The notes beneath the pieces are model-generated. The model made no database searches and was not told where the DNA came from. It worked only from the letters and a program-made list of their open reading frames with translations. A program made the position numbers and the translations under genes. DNA of 55,251 nucleotides, counting the filler, from Sphacelaria rigidula (taxonomy: Eukaryota), in the NCBI GenBank assembly GCA_964200075.2. It is 5 parts of 5 records of this genome, joined end to end, with 100 filler letters (N's around TTAATTAATTAA, not from the genome) between each part and the next. Parts side by side here need not be neighbours in the genome. Positions count along the whole stretch, not along the records: positions 11,072 to 22,041 come from CAXNAA020005606.1; positions 22,142 to 33,111 come from CAXNAA020005607.1; 3 more parts are not named here. The stretch is one strand, 5' to 3'. Of this stretch, positions 11,550 through 22,949 are shown piece after piece (within the stretch, counting starts at the first letter, position 1; every line of letters starts with the position of its first letter).

Positions 11550-12953
11550 CGGCGTCAGTGTCGACGGCAGTCGGGGCGGCAGTAGTGGTGGGGGCGGGAG
11601 GGGCGGTGGCAGCAGCGGCGGCAGTGGTAGCAGCGGTGGCAGCGGCAGCGGTGGTGGCGGCAACGGCGGCGGTGGTCACTGTGTTTCCATGGTACTTCTT
11701 ATTTCTAGCTTCAAATCTGTTAGTTGTCGTCGAAGATAACGGATATTCGCAGCATCAGAGCGGGACGGGGGGTCGCGGTCATTGCGGGCTCGTCGGGGGT
11801 GCGAAGAATTTCGGTTGGATCGCCCGATTGAGGATTCAAGAGCCGGTGACATATCCGAAAATATATGGTGGATGTCAGCAGCATGTACGGTATCATCATT
11901 GCGTAAATGGCGGCGTCGTGAGCGGGGAGAAACAGGAGGTGTGCGCGCGGTCGCTTGATCGGCGTTCTTCGAGCGCGCTGGGGCGTGCGATGAATTCCAT
12001 CTGCGCTGCGAGCTATCCTCGTGGGTACGGTCACGACTGGCATTCATCGGGCGCGTGAAAGCACGTGATGAGTCGGAGCTGTGTCGTGAACTACCTTCGT
12101 ATGTGCGATTACGATCGACATTCTTCGGACGTGTGAGAGCGTGCGATGAATTGAAGCTGTGCCGTGAACTACCTTCGGGGATGCGGGCACGGGTGACGTG
12201 GTCGTGATCGACTGTCGGGGTGCGGCGCAGTCCGAGAGCGCGAGCACGACGTTGGTGAGAAGTGGAGGAGGGGCAGGATTTGGGTTCGTTGAAGCTCTCA
12301 TGAGAGACCAACGGAGAAAGCGGTGTTGCCGATCGGGGCGCTAAGCGTACGGGTGCGGGCTCGGTATGTGCAGGGTCATTATTGAATTGCACATGAGCGG
12401 AGACCGATTGGGCTTGGAACGCGGCGTGACAGAAAGCCGTGAATGCCTCGATTAGAGCTCGGGCTGGCGCATCTGCTGGCACCGAAAAAGCGCGAGGTAG
12501 ATTCTGCGGGGCAGAATGCATGGCCGCGACTACTGGTCCGAGGTTGGACTGCGAGGTAGGGCGCGTTGGACTACTGGGAGTCGTAGGGTTGGGGTCCGTA
12601 GTGGAAGCAACCCGTGTGACACTATTGCTTGCTCCGGAAGCGGTATGCCTCGTCGGGACTGAGTCGTCTCGAGATTTTCCAACCGTCGCTTGACGGGATG
12701 CCACGGTTGGAGCAACCGATATAGGGCCATGCTGGACACGTGTGTCCAGGGGCAACGACTCAGCTGGGGGTATATCCCTGTCTTCGGATCCCATATCGGG
12801 ATCCGGAAGAACAGGTCGCAGCGAGGATGGTGCTATGGAATCTACCGTTATGGGCTCATTGACATGTCTGTCAGGAACCAATGACTCAGCTGGTGGCACA
12901 ATCCTGTTCTCTGAGTCCGAATCGGTACTGGAGAGAACATGTCGCGGCGTCAT
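11534..12953 (-). pseudogene. gag-like low-complexity ORF of a probable LTR retroelement
   Basis: 425-aa Pro/Ser/Arg-rich ORF with three ~26-aa repeats and a short coiled segment. A poly-Pro frame continues past the stop. ttctTGGTG PBS-like motif at 13261-13269 is shared with the contig-3 gypsy. No catalytic motif seen. Confidence 0.45.
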
Positions 12954-14059
12954 AGTCTTTACTTCCAGCCCGGAAGGACGAGCAGCGCTCGGAAATTGTC
13001 TCCAAATTCCGAAGATCGAGTAGCGCTCGCGTACGATCGCCGAGTAGTCGAAGGTGAAGCGCTACTTATATCGAAAGATCTGGTACGGCCAGTAGTTTGG
13101 CTCCGTGTCCAGCGAGCGGTTGGTTTCCCGATTGAGGGGAGGTGTCGGCGCTATTTCTGTACGACATGAGGCTACGCGTACTCAGCTGCTGGAAGATGTG
13201 TACATAGAAAAGTAGGAGCAGTGTGTGTGTGGTCGTCGAGCTCGAATCAAGGGAACGAAACACCAAGAAATGCTAGATACGACTGTCGAAGTATGTATCC
13301 AGAATTACGGGATAATGAAACCTAGTAGCGCGTGGAGAAACCCGCGAGTGGAACCTGATGGACTCGAGTAATACTATTCAAGCTGGTTGCTGTATGCGAC
13401 AACAATGTCGCAGGTCTGTTTTCAACACAATTATTTCAGTTGTGGCGGTAACAGTTAGCGACGGGAGTGCGGGGGTTGCGCTCGGAACAGATGCACGGCG
13501 TCGAAAAATGCACAAATCCAATTGATTTGTATACGGGGCGTTGGTAAGGGAAAAATAGGTGTCGGCGCCAGGGGCAGACCACGGCTGTTTTGTATCGGCT
13601 TAAAGCTGGGAAAACTACTGGCTGTACTCGGTATGAAGCTTCTTTTTTCTCAGTGGTACCGTAGTATCGTGCGGCGTAGCGCAACACAGAGGTTTCCGTC
13701 ACGCACTGGCGAGGCGACAAAGGTAGTTGGGAATAAAGTTAGATTAGTACGCAACAAGGGCAACACGAAGGGCGTGTGCCTACAAGAGTAACATACAAGG
13801 GGAGCACTAGTTTTGGGTCCCGCGTGCTCCAAGTGAGCACGTAGCGTAGGTCTGGAAATTGTCAATGCGGCGTGTCAAGTAAAGCGTAGTGTTTAGAAGT
13901 CGCCACAACTATCTGAGCTGTGGAGGGTAACACTCAGCAACTGTCAGGCTGGAGATCTCAGAGACGCGTACTGACGCGATTGGAAAGTGTCTCGGGCTTG
14001 TCTGAGCCGAGAAGTTTTCAGTGTACGAAAATATCACAGCTGTCTAAGTTGATATTTCT

Positions 14060-14307
14060 GACACTTTCTACGATAGCCCCCCCCCCAAAACCAGCTAAAA
14101 GTGTCACGAAAAAAATGACCATACAGCGCCTGATTATTGGGTTTAGGCTGCATGAAGCGCCTCATATTGGCAACATCGGCTAGAACGAAACCAAACGTGG
14201 GAATTCCCAGTTGCTCGTTGTGCTCGGCTTTTCCCACTTCGATTTACGTGAAGATTTTGCCTCCGAAAACCATGCACTTTTTGGAAGGGGCTATCGTAGA
14301 AAGTGTC
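14060..14307. mobile_element. MITE family 2 (4-bp TSD)
   Basis: TIR gacactttctacgatagcccc; TSD TTCT on both sides; inverted copy at 20366-20615. Confidence 0.9.
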
Positions 14308-15168
14308 TTCTAATAATCGCATTTTGGCTCGCAGGGCGCCGCTCTAAGTGGTTTGCGGAGCACACTCGGAGAGAAAAAAAAACAAGAGTTGACGTCGGTC
14401 ACGACGCAGCAAAGATGCCAGAACGTGCACCAATCCCGTGTACAGATGTTGGTCGTCACCTGATAAGGAGAAAGGGCTGTGTTACGAAGGAACCCGTGAA
14501 AAATTGCAAGATACCGTGGACAGTCGGTACCCCCATGCGAAAACGATCGGGTTGCTCGGCCGGCAAAAAGGCTACACAACAGAAACAGCAGCAGAGGGTG
14601 TAACAACGATGCACCCTGTGTGTTGTTTCCTGTTGCAATTTTGTAGGGGAAAGCTTCTCTTGTCAGAAAAGAATGAGCAACAAAGAAAGGTACTCGAGCC
14701 AGCGATGGCTGAGTGTACGGACGTGTCTGCACTGGGCGACCGGATATGTGTACCTTGGTGCACGTTCGAAAGGAGAAGTGCGTACGTTTGGTGCAGGTAC
14801 CAGTTTGCAAAAAGCCGCAGCAAAGTTGGGCGGGCGCATCTGACGTCGGTTGATACAGCGTGACACAAGGCGTGCAGTCAAGCTGCAGCAGGGGTCGCAA
14901 GTCGTACAGCAAAAAATATAGGGTAACACAGGGAAGGAAGCTTTACAGTAGCAAACGAACTGACTACTACGCGAGTGGGGGAAAAGCTATAGTAGGTTTG
15001 ACTACAAAACAAGCGAAGGCTGATAATTGAAAACCGTCGAGTGCAGACCGCGCTCACTTGATTCAACAGGAAGACAACCTGTTCTACGAGGGGAAACACA
15101 ATCTCAAAAGAAGAGACTCCTTAGTCGAACGCCAATGTAATGGGGTAGTGCCAGATGTATGACAAGCA

Positions 15169-15501
15169 CACACTCGGCCATTTAGCTACCTCTAAACTTC
15201 CTCCAGGTGGGTACACTTTTCGAGCCTCCAGAGGAATTAAACGCCTCCGGAGGGGTGCACGGCCCTCCAGAGGAGATTTTTTTGTTCCCTCCAGAGGGGT
15301 TGGACGCCTCCGGAGGCTTATTCTTGCCTCCGGAGGGCCGCGCATACCCCCAACTTCCTCAAGAGGGGTGCGCGGCCCTCCGGGTCGGTAGAGTTTGGTC
15401 TCCTCCAGAGGGATCGAAGGCCTCCGGAGGCTTCTTTTCCCCCTGGAGGGCCGCGCATCCCTCCGGAGGCATTTTGGGGTGTAGCCGAATGGCCGCGTGT
15501 G
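15169..15501. mobile_element. MITE family 3 (CAC...GTG, 2-bp TSD CA), CMC/CACTA-like
   Basis: TIR cacac(t/g)cggccatt..gctac; internal reiterated ccctccggaggg motifs; CA on both flanks; sister copy at 18375-18729. Confidence 0.85.
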
Positions 15502-15717
15502 CAGGCTCGCTGGGCAAGGAAAGGGAGCCAGACAACAGGTTGACCGTCCAACCGAAGCAAAACAACCTTGCGGCCGTGTCACCCGCTGGCACCACCCTCG
15601 TGTCTTATGTGTCCAGAGGTATCAGAATGTCACGTGTAGGTATGATAATATCTCTTCTTGAGTACTTGATCTTAATCTCCTCCGTATCCAATCTCTCACG
15701 CTCAATCAACCAGTCAA

Positions 15718-16066
15718 TAGGGAATTCAACAAAATGAGGTTGATCGATGAAATGAGGTTTGAGGGGACTAGCCAGGATGCGACAAAAAACCCGAGGGAAG
15801 TACCGTCTGCAAGTGCCTTCGATCATTTTCGGGGGGAGGGAGCGTACTCATTTGTTGCTTGCCTTGGTCGTTTGACCATTGACCACGCCCCGTCTCGAAA
15901 GGTCAATAGTGAAACGACTAAGGCAAGCAACACATGAGTACGCCCCCTCCCCCCAAAAACGATCGAAGGTACTCGCAGACGGTACTTCCCTCGGATTCTT
16001 GTCGCATACTGGCTAGTCCCCTCAAACCTCATTTCATCGATCAACCTCATTTTATAGAATCCTCTG
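15718..16066. mobile_element. palindromic MITE family 4, possibly hAT-type
   Basis: ~165-bp inverted arms starting with an aaaatgaggttg motif; flanks ccagtcaa and ctagtctt partly match. Confidence 0.85.
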
Positions 16067-16179
16067 CTAGTCTTACCGTGATGTTAGACTTCCTTGCTGG
16101 GGATCGAATGTAGTGCCAGCCTAAGGGCTGTTGCCCACACTACTATCCCTGCTATATACAAGTTCACACTCGTATCTGA

Positions 16180-16741
16180 CCAATTCTAAACAGACTTCAG
16201 TCTTGAATTAGCCTTGGATGAGATCTACAACCAGACTCATCGATGGGTCTGAGGCGGCATGACAACACAAATATGCTTCTCATGAAAATTGGTCACTATT
16301 TCACCGAACTCGATGGTTCAGTACTGAAATATATCAGTCAGCTACGTACTCTGTTTCCAAAACCCGACACAATCGTGAGACGACCATAGGTAACCGCTGC
16401 AAGCACGTGTCCATATTTGCCCAAAATCTACCAATCCTACCTGGCAGTCACATCTTATTTGTATCCAGCAGCTACAGCCTTTTATCGCAACACATTAGCC
16501 CACCATGAGTAAAGCACTCGCAGTCCCTGATCAGGGACGAGAGATCTGCACCCATATCTTCTCCCGCACCACAAATACTGTAGAGCAAACAATCCTATAC
16601 GATCAAGGATGCGGGCACATCAAGGTGGACGGGTGCGCTTACCAAGACAGATGCAAAGGGCACTACCATAAACACTTGAGTGTCCAAAACCGTCGCGAAG
16701 ATCGTGAAAAACAACTGTCGAGATTCTCTTGAGGGGAGCAT
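16180..16741 (+). pseudogene. possible Ty1/copia RNase H remnant and PPT
   Basis: Scattered degenerate motifs in copia order (TDFS, RSTT, S*KLVTIS...QY, SKALA...THI, ALTKT), then gaggggagca followed by TG. Confidence 0.35.
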
Positions 16742-16885
16742 TGTTTACCCCCCATTACTGTTATCATGCTAAGGAGAAATTACTCTTATAGGAATTACAT
16801 GTATGCTCAGCTTCGTTGTTGAAAATGGTAAAGAAGTAGACCACCAAGGCATTTTCTCTCCACAGCCCCGAGTTGGCACTAATAA

Positions 16886-17297
16886 CAGACAATTCCATAA
16901 AATGAGGTTGTACGATGAAATAATGAGGTTCACGCCCGGAACAGTGCTTTCCCCACTCTTACAGTGATGATGCCCAATGACTTTATTGTCGGCCTAATGC
17001 CCCTCGATCGCGTAGATATGTTTTCAGCACATTTTATCGACTGTGAGCTTACAGCGCTGACCGAAACCGCCATTTTCTCTTAGTTGGTAGGGGTGGCGAT
17101 ATCAGGGAAAACGACAGTTTCGGTCAGCGCCGTAAGCTCACAAAGTCGGTAAAATGCGCTGAAGAAGTATCTATGCGATCGAGGGGCATTAGGCCGAGAA
17201 ACAAGTCATCGGGCACTATCACTGGAAGTGTGGGGAAATAATTGTTTTGGGCTTGAACCTCATTTCACCGTACAACCTCATTTTGTAGAACTGCCTG
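16886..17297. mobile_element. palindromic MITE related to family 4
   Basis: ~190-bp inverted arms with the same terminal motif; related fragments at 10905-10971 and 42085-42385. Confidence 0.85.
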
Positions 17298-17859
17298 TTG
17301 AATGGTCGTACACGTCATCCATCAGCATAAACCAACAACGTTGAATACGCATCGGTAGAAGAAGACGCTTCCAATGAGTATAATACTTTGCGAAAAAAAC
17401 GCATGATACCGGACACCAACTCGTGGGGGATGAGTCATGTTCGGTATATATGTTAGCGTAGGGATCATGTGTTGACAACCGCGACTGGTTGACGGTCCAG
17501 CCGTAGAGCAACACGATCCACCTACCCGACGGTTACGGGACAGCCGATCGAAGCGAATGACTTTCAGTATCATCATGAGAAACGTCGGCGAGAGACATAT
17601 AACCATCGAAGATAGATCCGAGGCAGGTAGCCCGACACGTTTGTGAACCACGACAAGCACGTGAATGGAGGGGGCCAACGCGATCCGCTCCCTCGATGAT
17701 TGCTCGTTCAGATGAAAAGCGAGAGGGCGAGCACAAAAACGGGAGGATGAACTCCAATGGGGCATGCGATCGCGACATCTTGCCATGAACAAGCCCTAAA
17801 ACAAATGCCCACCCGCCACACGAATTTCTGAGACGGTTGACCGGTTTTTTCTCTCCAAC

Positions 17860-18090
17860 ACTTTGAACCCCTTTCCTTCCTTGGAATGAGTCCGTGGTCT
17901 GAAGAGATCAACCCATCTCTGCCCCGGCACGAGCCTTTCATTTTGGTCTCACAGATTGGGTCAGCACTCCCGCACCGCGTTTACTCACGTCACACAAACC
18001 CAGTCGACTACTTTGTTTACTCACATTCTCACGCTTTCCACAGTGGAAATCATACACTACGAAGAAAAAAACCAACGCGTCGGGAATTGC
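17860..18090 (-). mobile_element. tRNA-derived SINE family A, 5'-truncated
   Basis: Aligns with 44490-44785 and 53968-54580. Confidence 0.75.
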
Positions 18091-18374
18091 ATGTACTGAC
18101 TAATGTTTTGATCAGAAAAAAAAAATGTGGCCGACTGGTTGTAGGCTGTACCACATGTCGAAACAGCGAAAGTAAACAACGATCGGTTTTAAAAAAATGA
18201 TTTATCCCCGAAGATAATACAATATGTTAGTATGTAACAAACGATCACGATGCAATCTTCTACGATGTTCAAAAGCACTCATCAAGCATGCAGTACACAA
18301 CACGACCCGAGGCGGCCATGCCTCAGTCCAACAAAACCAAGTACACCCAAGAAAACATGAAGCGACTAACAGCA

Positions 18375-18729
18375 CACGCGCGGTCATTTGGCTACCCCCA
18401 GAATTCCTCTAGGGCGGCCAACTTTTCGAGCATCCAAAGAAATTGAACGCCTCCGGAGGGGTACGTGGCCCTCCAGAGGAGTATTCTTCGGTTCCCTCCA
18501 GAGGGAGTATATGCCTCCGCACGTTTGTTTTTGCCTCTGGAGGGCCGCGCATCCCTCCGGAGGCATTTTGCTATCTCCTAGATTCCTTCGGAGGGGTGCG
18601 CGGCCCTCCAGGGCGGTAGTGTTTGGCTGCCTCGAGAGGGATTGAAGGCCTCCGGAGGCTTGTTTCGCCTCTGAAGGGCCGCGTATCCCTCTAGAGGCAT
18701 TTTGGGGGGTAGACAGATGACCGCGAGTG
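18375..18729. mobile_element. MITE family 3 (2-bp TSD CA)
   Basis: TIR cacgcgcggtcatttggctacccc / gggggtagacagatgaccgcgagtg; CA flanks. Confidence 0.85.
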
Positions 18730-19344
18730 CAGCACACGCCGTGGGGACCAGCACGGTGAAGGGGGTCGGTACGGTTGCACGAAAGGGTTCGAAGTATTGC
18801 GATGTTCAAGAGGGTGGAAACCTTCGGTCGCCCCATAAACACACAGAAAAGAAAAAAAGACAGAACCGGAAGGACAATAAAGAGCAAGGCACACAAGAGA
18901 AAACATAAGGCAAACCACAAAACGAATCAGAGACAAAAGAAACAAGAACAAAACAAAAACACACACACACACACACACACCCCGAAAAATAAGAACAAGA
19001 ACGGAAGCACACATATACTGGAAGGCACAACGCGCCGACCATGCTCATCAAAAGATTCCCACAATCTACCCGAGGAGATAAGGAAAAGACAAGGAAAAGA
19101 CTGGGGCAACGATCAGGACACGCGACTTTCGTACAAAAAGCATATGCCAGCAGCTACTGGGGGGATGTAGAAGAAATATGGGGTCAATCGAAGAATACGA
19201 GTTTATCGCCACAACTTCAATGATAATACAGGGCGCCAGGCTCGAAGAAAGTCGAGGAGCAAAACCAGATTCACTATGAAGCTTCATTGGTATCTCACGT
19301 CGTGTCGGGATTGCGTAAGACAGCTTTGTCGATGCCGCCTTTCA

Positions 19345-19863
19345 CACGGGATGTTATAAATTGGGGATGGATATTTGTTTTGAGGATGAGAAACCCAAAG
19401 AAGGGAAATCTTCGTACCCACAGCAAATCTTCGAAATATGGTTCCATTTCTTCACATGCTGACATCTATTGACAACCACTAGACGCCACACAAATTTGGA
19501 TTTCGATAACCGAAATGTTGGGGTCATAGGTGAAAAACCAATTTTGGGGAATGTCGGCGATCTGATCGGGTCATCTCAATTCCCCAAAATGGTTTCTTGA
19601 CGTAGGACTCCAACATGTCGGTTATGAGGATCCGAAATTGTATGGCGTGGATTGATTGATTGATTGATTGATTGTCATACTTTAACTGACCCCCCAGGGG
19701 TCCAGCCGTGGTCTCATGATAGACAATGGAGTAGTTGTCAATAGCTACCAGTAGGTGAAGGAGTGGAATCATATTTCGAAGATTTGGTGTGTATACGAAG
19801 ATTTTAATTCTCCGGGTTCTCATCCTCAATGAAAAACCCATTCCCAATTCGTAAAACCCCGTG
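19345..19863. mobile_element. MITE family 1, full length with a (GATT)n-containing insert
   Basis: cacggg...cccgtg ends; arms match 7856-8284. Confidence 0.9.
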
Positions 19864-20054
19864 TTCTTTGTCGTGTCGCTGTAGGCACCAAGATTCTCGG
19901 CGCGCGGTTGGCATCTCTGTACAGTCGTCCTCGGCGAGCCGGATCCTGTGTGGGGGCTTTGCGGTTTCCGATGGGTGAGAAGAATTCAGTTTCTGAAAAA
20001 GGAGACGGCATCCTTTTGAGAGATCATGTAAAGTCGCTGGGCAAACAGGTGCAG

Positions 20055-20308
20055 GAGTGATGCTACCGTAGGGGTGCATATTGTTCATGAGGTTGGGATT
20101 GTTAGGAGCTCTTTATCTCGTCCAAAACACGTCTTATGAAATATATGAGAGTACGTCAGGATTACTACTCCAATGTGCCAGGGATATTTCGAATTATTTT
20201 TCAAACGGGGATGCCATGACCCATATTGTTGTGCATCTAGAATCTTTAGGAGCTGAACCAGACAAGATTTCGCGCGAAAATTGCACACCTACGACTGTAG
20301 CATTGCTC
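20055..20308. mobile_element. MITE family 5 (GAG...CTC ends, near-matching 4-bp flanks), Sola-like
   Basis: TIR gagtgatgctaccgtaggggtgca; flanks gcag and tcag; relatives at 22163-22187 and 38843-38984. Confidence 0.7.
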
Positions 20309-20365
20309 TCAGATTCTTGTTCCCGAGCCCAATCGGGGTGGGAGAAGAGGATTCATCTTTCCTTG

Positions 20366-20615
20366 CACATTTTCTACGATAGCTCTCCCCCCCAAAAGTG
20401 CATGATTCTGGGGGGCAAAATCTTCACGTAAATCGAAATGGGAAAAGCCGAGCACAACGAGCAGCTGGGAATTCCCACGTTTGGGTTCGTTCTAGCCAAT
20501 GTCGCCAACATGAGGCGCTTCATGCAGCCTGAACCCAAACATTAGGCGCTGTATGATCATTGTTTTCGTGACACTTTTGGCTGGTTTGGAGGGGGGGGCT
20601 ATCGTAGAAAGTGTC
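20366..20615. mobile_element. MITE family 2, inverted copy
   Basis: Reverse complement of 14060-14307; TSD CTTG on both sides. Confidence 0.9.
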
Positions 20616-21226
20616 CTTGATCACTCTGTCCCAAAGGTTGTCCAAGACGCAGGGGTTCGAATCACGGCTGTGTTGACAAGAGGTGGCGATATTTGGATCA
20701 GGGTGAGGATGTTCGGATACTGTATTCTCATGAGGACGTTTCTCTCTGTTCCCACGTCGATTAGCGTATCGAATGATGCGGTATCGTTGGTGGTAACCAT
20801 CACCGGAGGAAAGGGGCACACCCGAGGTTCCGGCTATGGGGGGTAGGGGTGCCGTGGATTGGGTCGATTTTCGGGGAGCCTTGCGCCGCGGGGGTTGGGG
20901 GGGCTCAAGGAAACTGTCGGGCACCGGGATGGGGTCGGAATGGGGAGGTCCGGATCAGAGGCCGCCAGGGTGGCGGCCATCGCTGCGGCCCGTCGCTCTC
21001 GGGTCCTAATAGAGATCAAATCTCGAACTTGAAGCGAGGGGACGAAGTCAGTATAAGACGGTTCTACATGTATGTGCAGCAAAAACCATTCGATGACCAG
21101 TTGCACGAAATTGATCATGTTCACTGGTGTTTGTGCTAGTTCCACTCCAGACCGAACACAGCGATCGTGGTTGCATTCTGCCTAGTACAGAAGCGTGAGC
21201 TGTAGTCGTCAGCCCACCAATGCCAA

Positions 21227-21336
21227 CACGGGTGGCCACTGGAGTGCCTGTAACCTCAAATTTTGACGTTACAGACGTTGCACAAGGTCTGTAACGTCCA
21301 AATTTGAGGTTACAGGCAACCCAGTGGCCACCCGTG
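21227..21336. mobile_element. 110-bp hairpin mini-MITE (CACGGG ends, TSD AA)
   Basis: ~50-bp near-perfect inverted arms with a short loop; AA at 21225-21226 and 21337-21338. Confidence 0.9.
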
Positions 21337-22041
21337 AAGTGCTGAGTTGTGGCTCAGTGAGAGTGACATGTAGAGTCCGTGATGACCGTTCCTACTAGTT
21401 AAATATACAATGTCTTCGGTGGGATCCGTGATGCGTCCCAAGGTGGATTCATCGATTGGTTGAGCCGGTATGGGCAGGCGAAACAAAAAGTCAGCGTTTG
21501 CGTTTTCAGGTCCTGCTCGATATTTCAACGTAAAGTTGTAAGAGGAAAGGACTTCAAAGCAGCGTTGAACCTGGGCGTTGTGATCTGACGTTTCGGCGAG
21601 GGTTCCATAGCCTCATGGTCTGTATAAATCATAAACGTAATGTCATATAAGTTCTGACGGAATCGTCGCACACCACAAACAACTGCGCCGGCCTCTTGCT
21701 CCATGATCGACCAGTTTTGTTCGTTTGGGTGGGTGCTTCGACTCAAATATAGAATAGGGCGAACACTAGTGTCTCGTTGCTCCTGTTCCAACGTGCAACC
21801 GAACCCAATTTGGAAGGAATCCATGTGAAGTCGGAGCGGACGTGAGCCATTTTCAGCGGTTGACCAGTCTGGGGAAACCAAAACTGTGGTCGCGAACATG
21901 TGTCAAGCAGTTAACGTACAGTTTTCTTCATTTCCGATGTAAACACGAATACCCACCCCCCCCCCCGCTGGTCTAGACTCTTGGGTTGGCGTCGAGTGGC
22001 AACGGCGCTGTAAAACAAGCCACCAAAACCTAGACAAATGT

Positions 22042-22141
22042 NNNNNNNNNNNNNNNNNNNNNNNNNNNNNNNNNNNNNNNNNNNNTTAATTAATTAANNN
22101 NNNNNNNNNNNNNNNNNNNNNNNNNNNNNNNNNNNNNNNNN
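22042..22141. other. artificial contig spacer
   Basis: N44-TTAATTAATTAA-N44. Confidence 0.97.
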
Positions 22142-22949
22142 TTCTAACCTCAAAAGGTATTTGTGCACCCCTACCGTAGCATCACTCAAGCATTTCCTTT
22201 ACCCGCTATCTGAGGCTCTAAACATAGGTATAAGACACTCGAGCTGCAACGGGGAAGCGTCGCTTTCGATCTGTTGCACCACCAAACAAGGGCTGACAAA
22301 GGAAAATGGAGGCCCACGTGTTGGGCGTATGTGGAGCCAATATCGGGAGAACTAGAACCAGAAGAGACTGAAGAACCCGAAGTTGAACAGGCTGCAGCGT
22401 AGACCATGAAAAAGGAACCAAACGAGGAACACCATGAAACACTAAACGCTCAAGTCGTCCCGTAGTCTCCGGGTATGAGAGGCTCCAACTAGGCTTCGCT
22501 CCAAGTCCGATGTGTCTAGCATGGTCGCAGATGTAAGTTCGAGTGTTTCCTGGAATGCGCGATTAAAGTGGCAGAACAATATCAAGAAGGGGGGGTAGGA
22601 TAAGGACACAGCATGGCAAAAAAGGGGCACAACGTACGAGCTGGGCCAGCAGCAAATCCCGCATTTGCATGCCACGTCATAACTTATCAAGTACACCAAT
22701 TCAGCCCGACTTGAGCATATCGGTGTGACCTGCAGACCAACGTGGTAACGCACGGGACCGCCGCTGTGAGAAAAATATTGAAAAATATGTACTGCATAAT
22801 CTATCACCTAACCGACGGAGCAAAACAAAGGAATCGGTCGGGATTCGAACTCGTGACCTCCATAATTGGAGTCAACTGCATCACTTGGATTAAAGGAGCG
22901 CAGCCGTGCCACACGACAAATTGGATGCGGTGCCAAAGTTCTGGATATT

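Larger units (their letters stand above)
19290..21960 (-). mobile_element. decayed Ty3/gypsy pol fragment (RNase H and C-terminal region) interrupted by four MITEs
   Basis: PDW...LHMDS..GFGCTLEQ...PILYLSR...NWSIMEQEAGAVV...IYTDH, and YRAGPENANADFLFRLP. Most of the integrase is missing. Confidence 0.85.

Noticed and set aside
22142-22800. 3' LTR of the contig-3 gypsy
   Set aside because: No visible similarity to 30600-30880.
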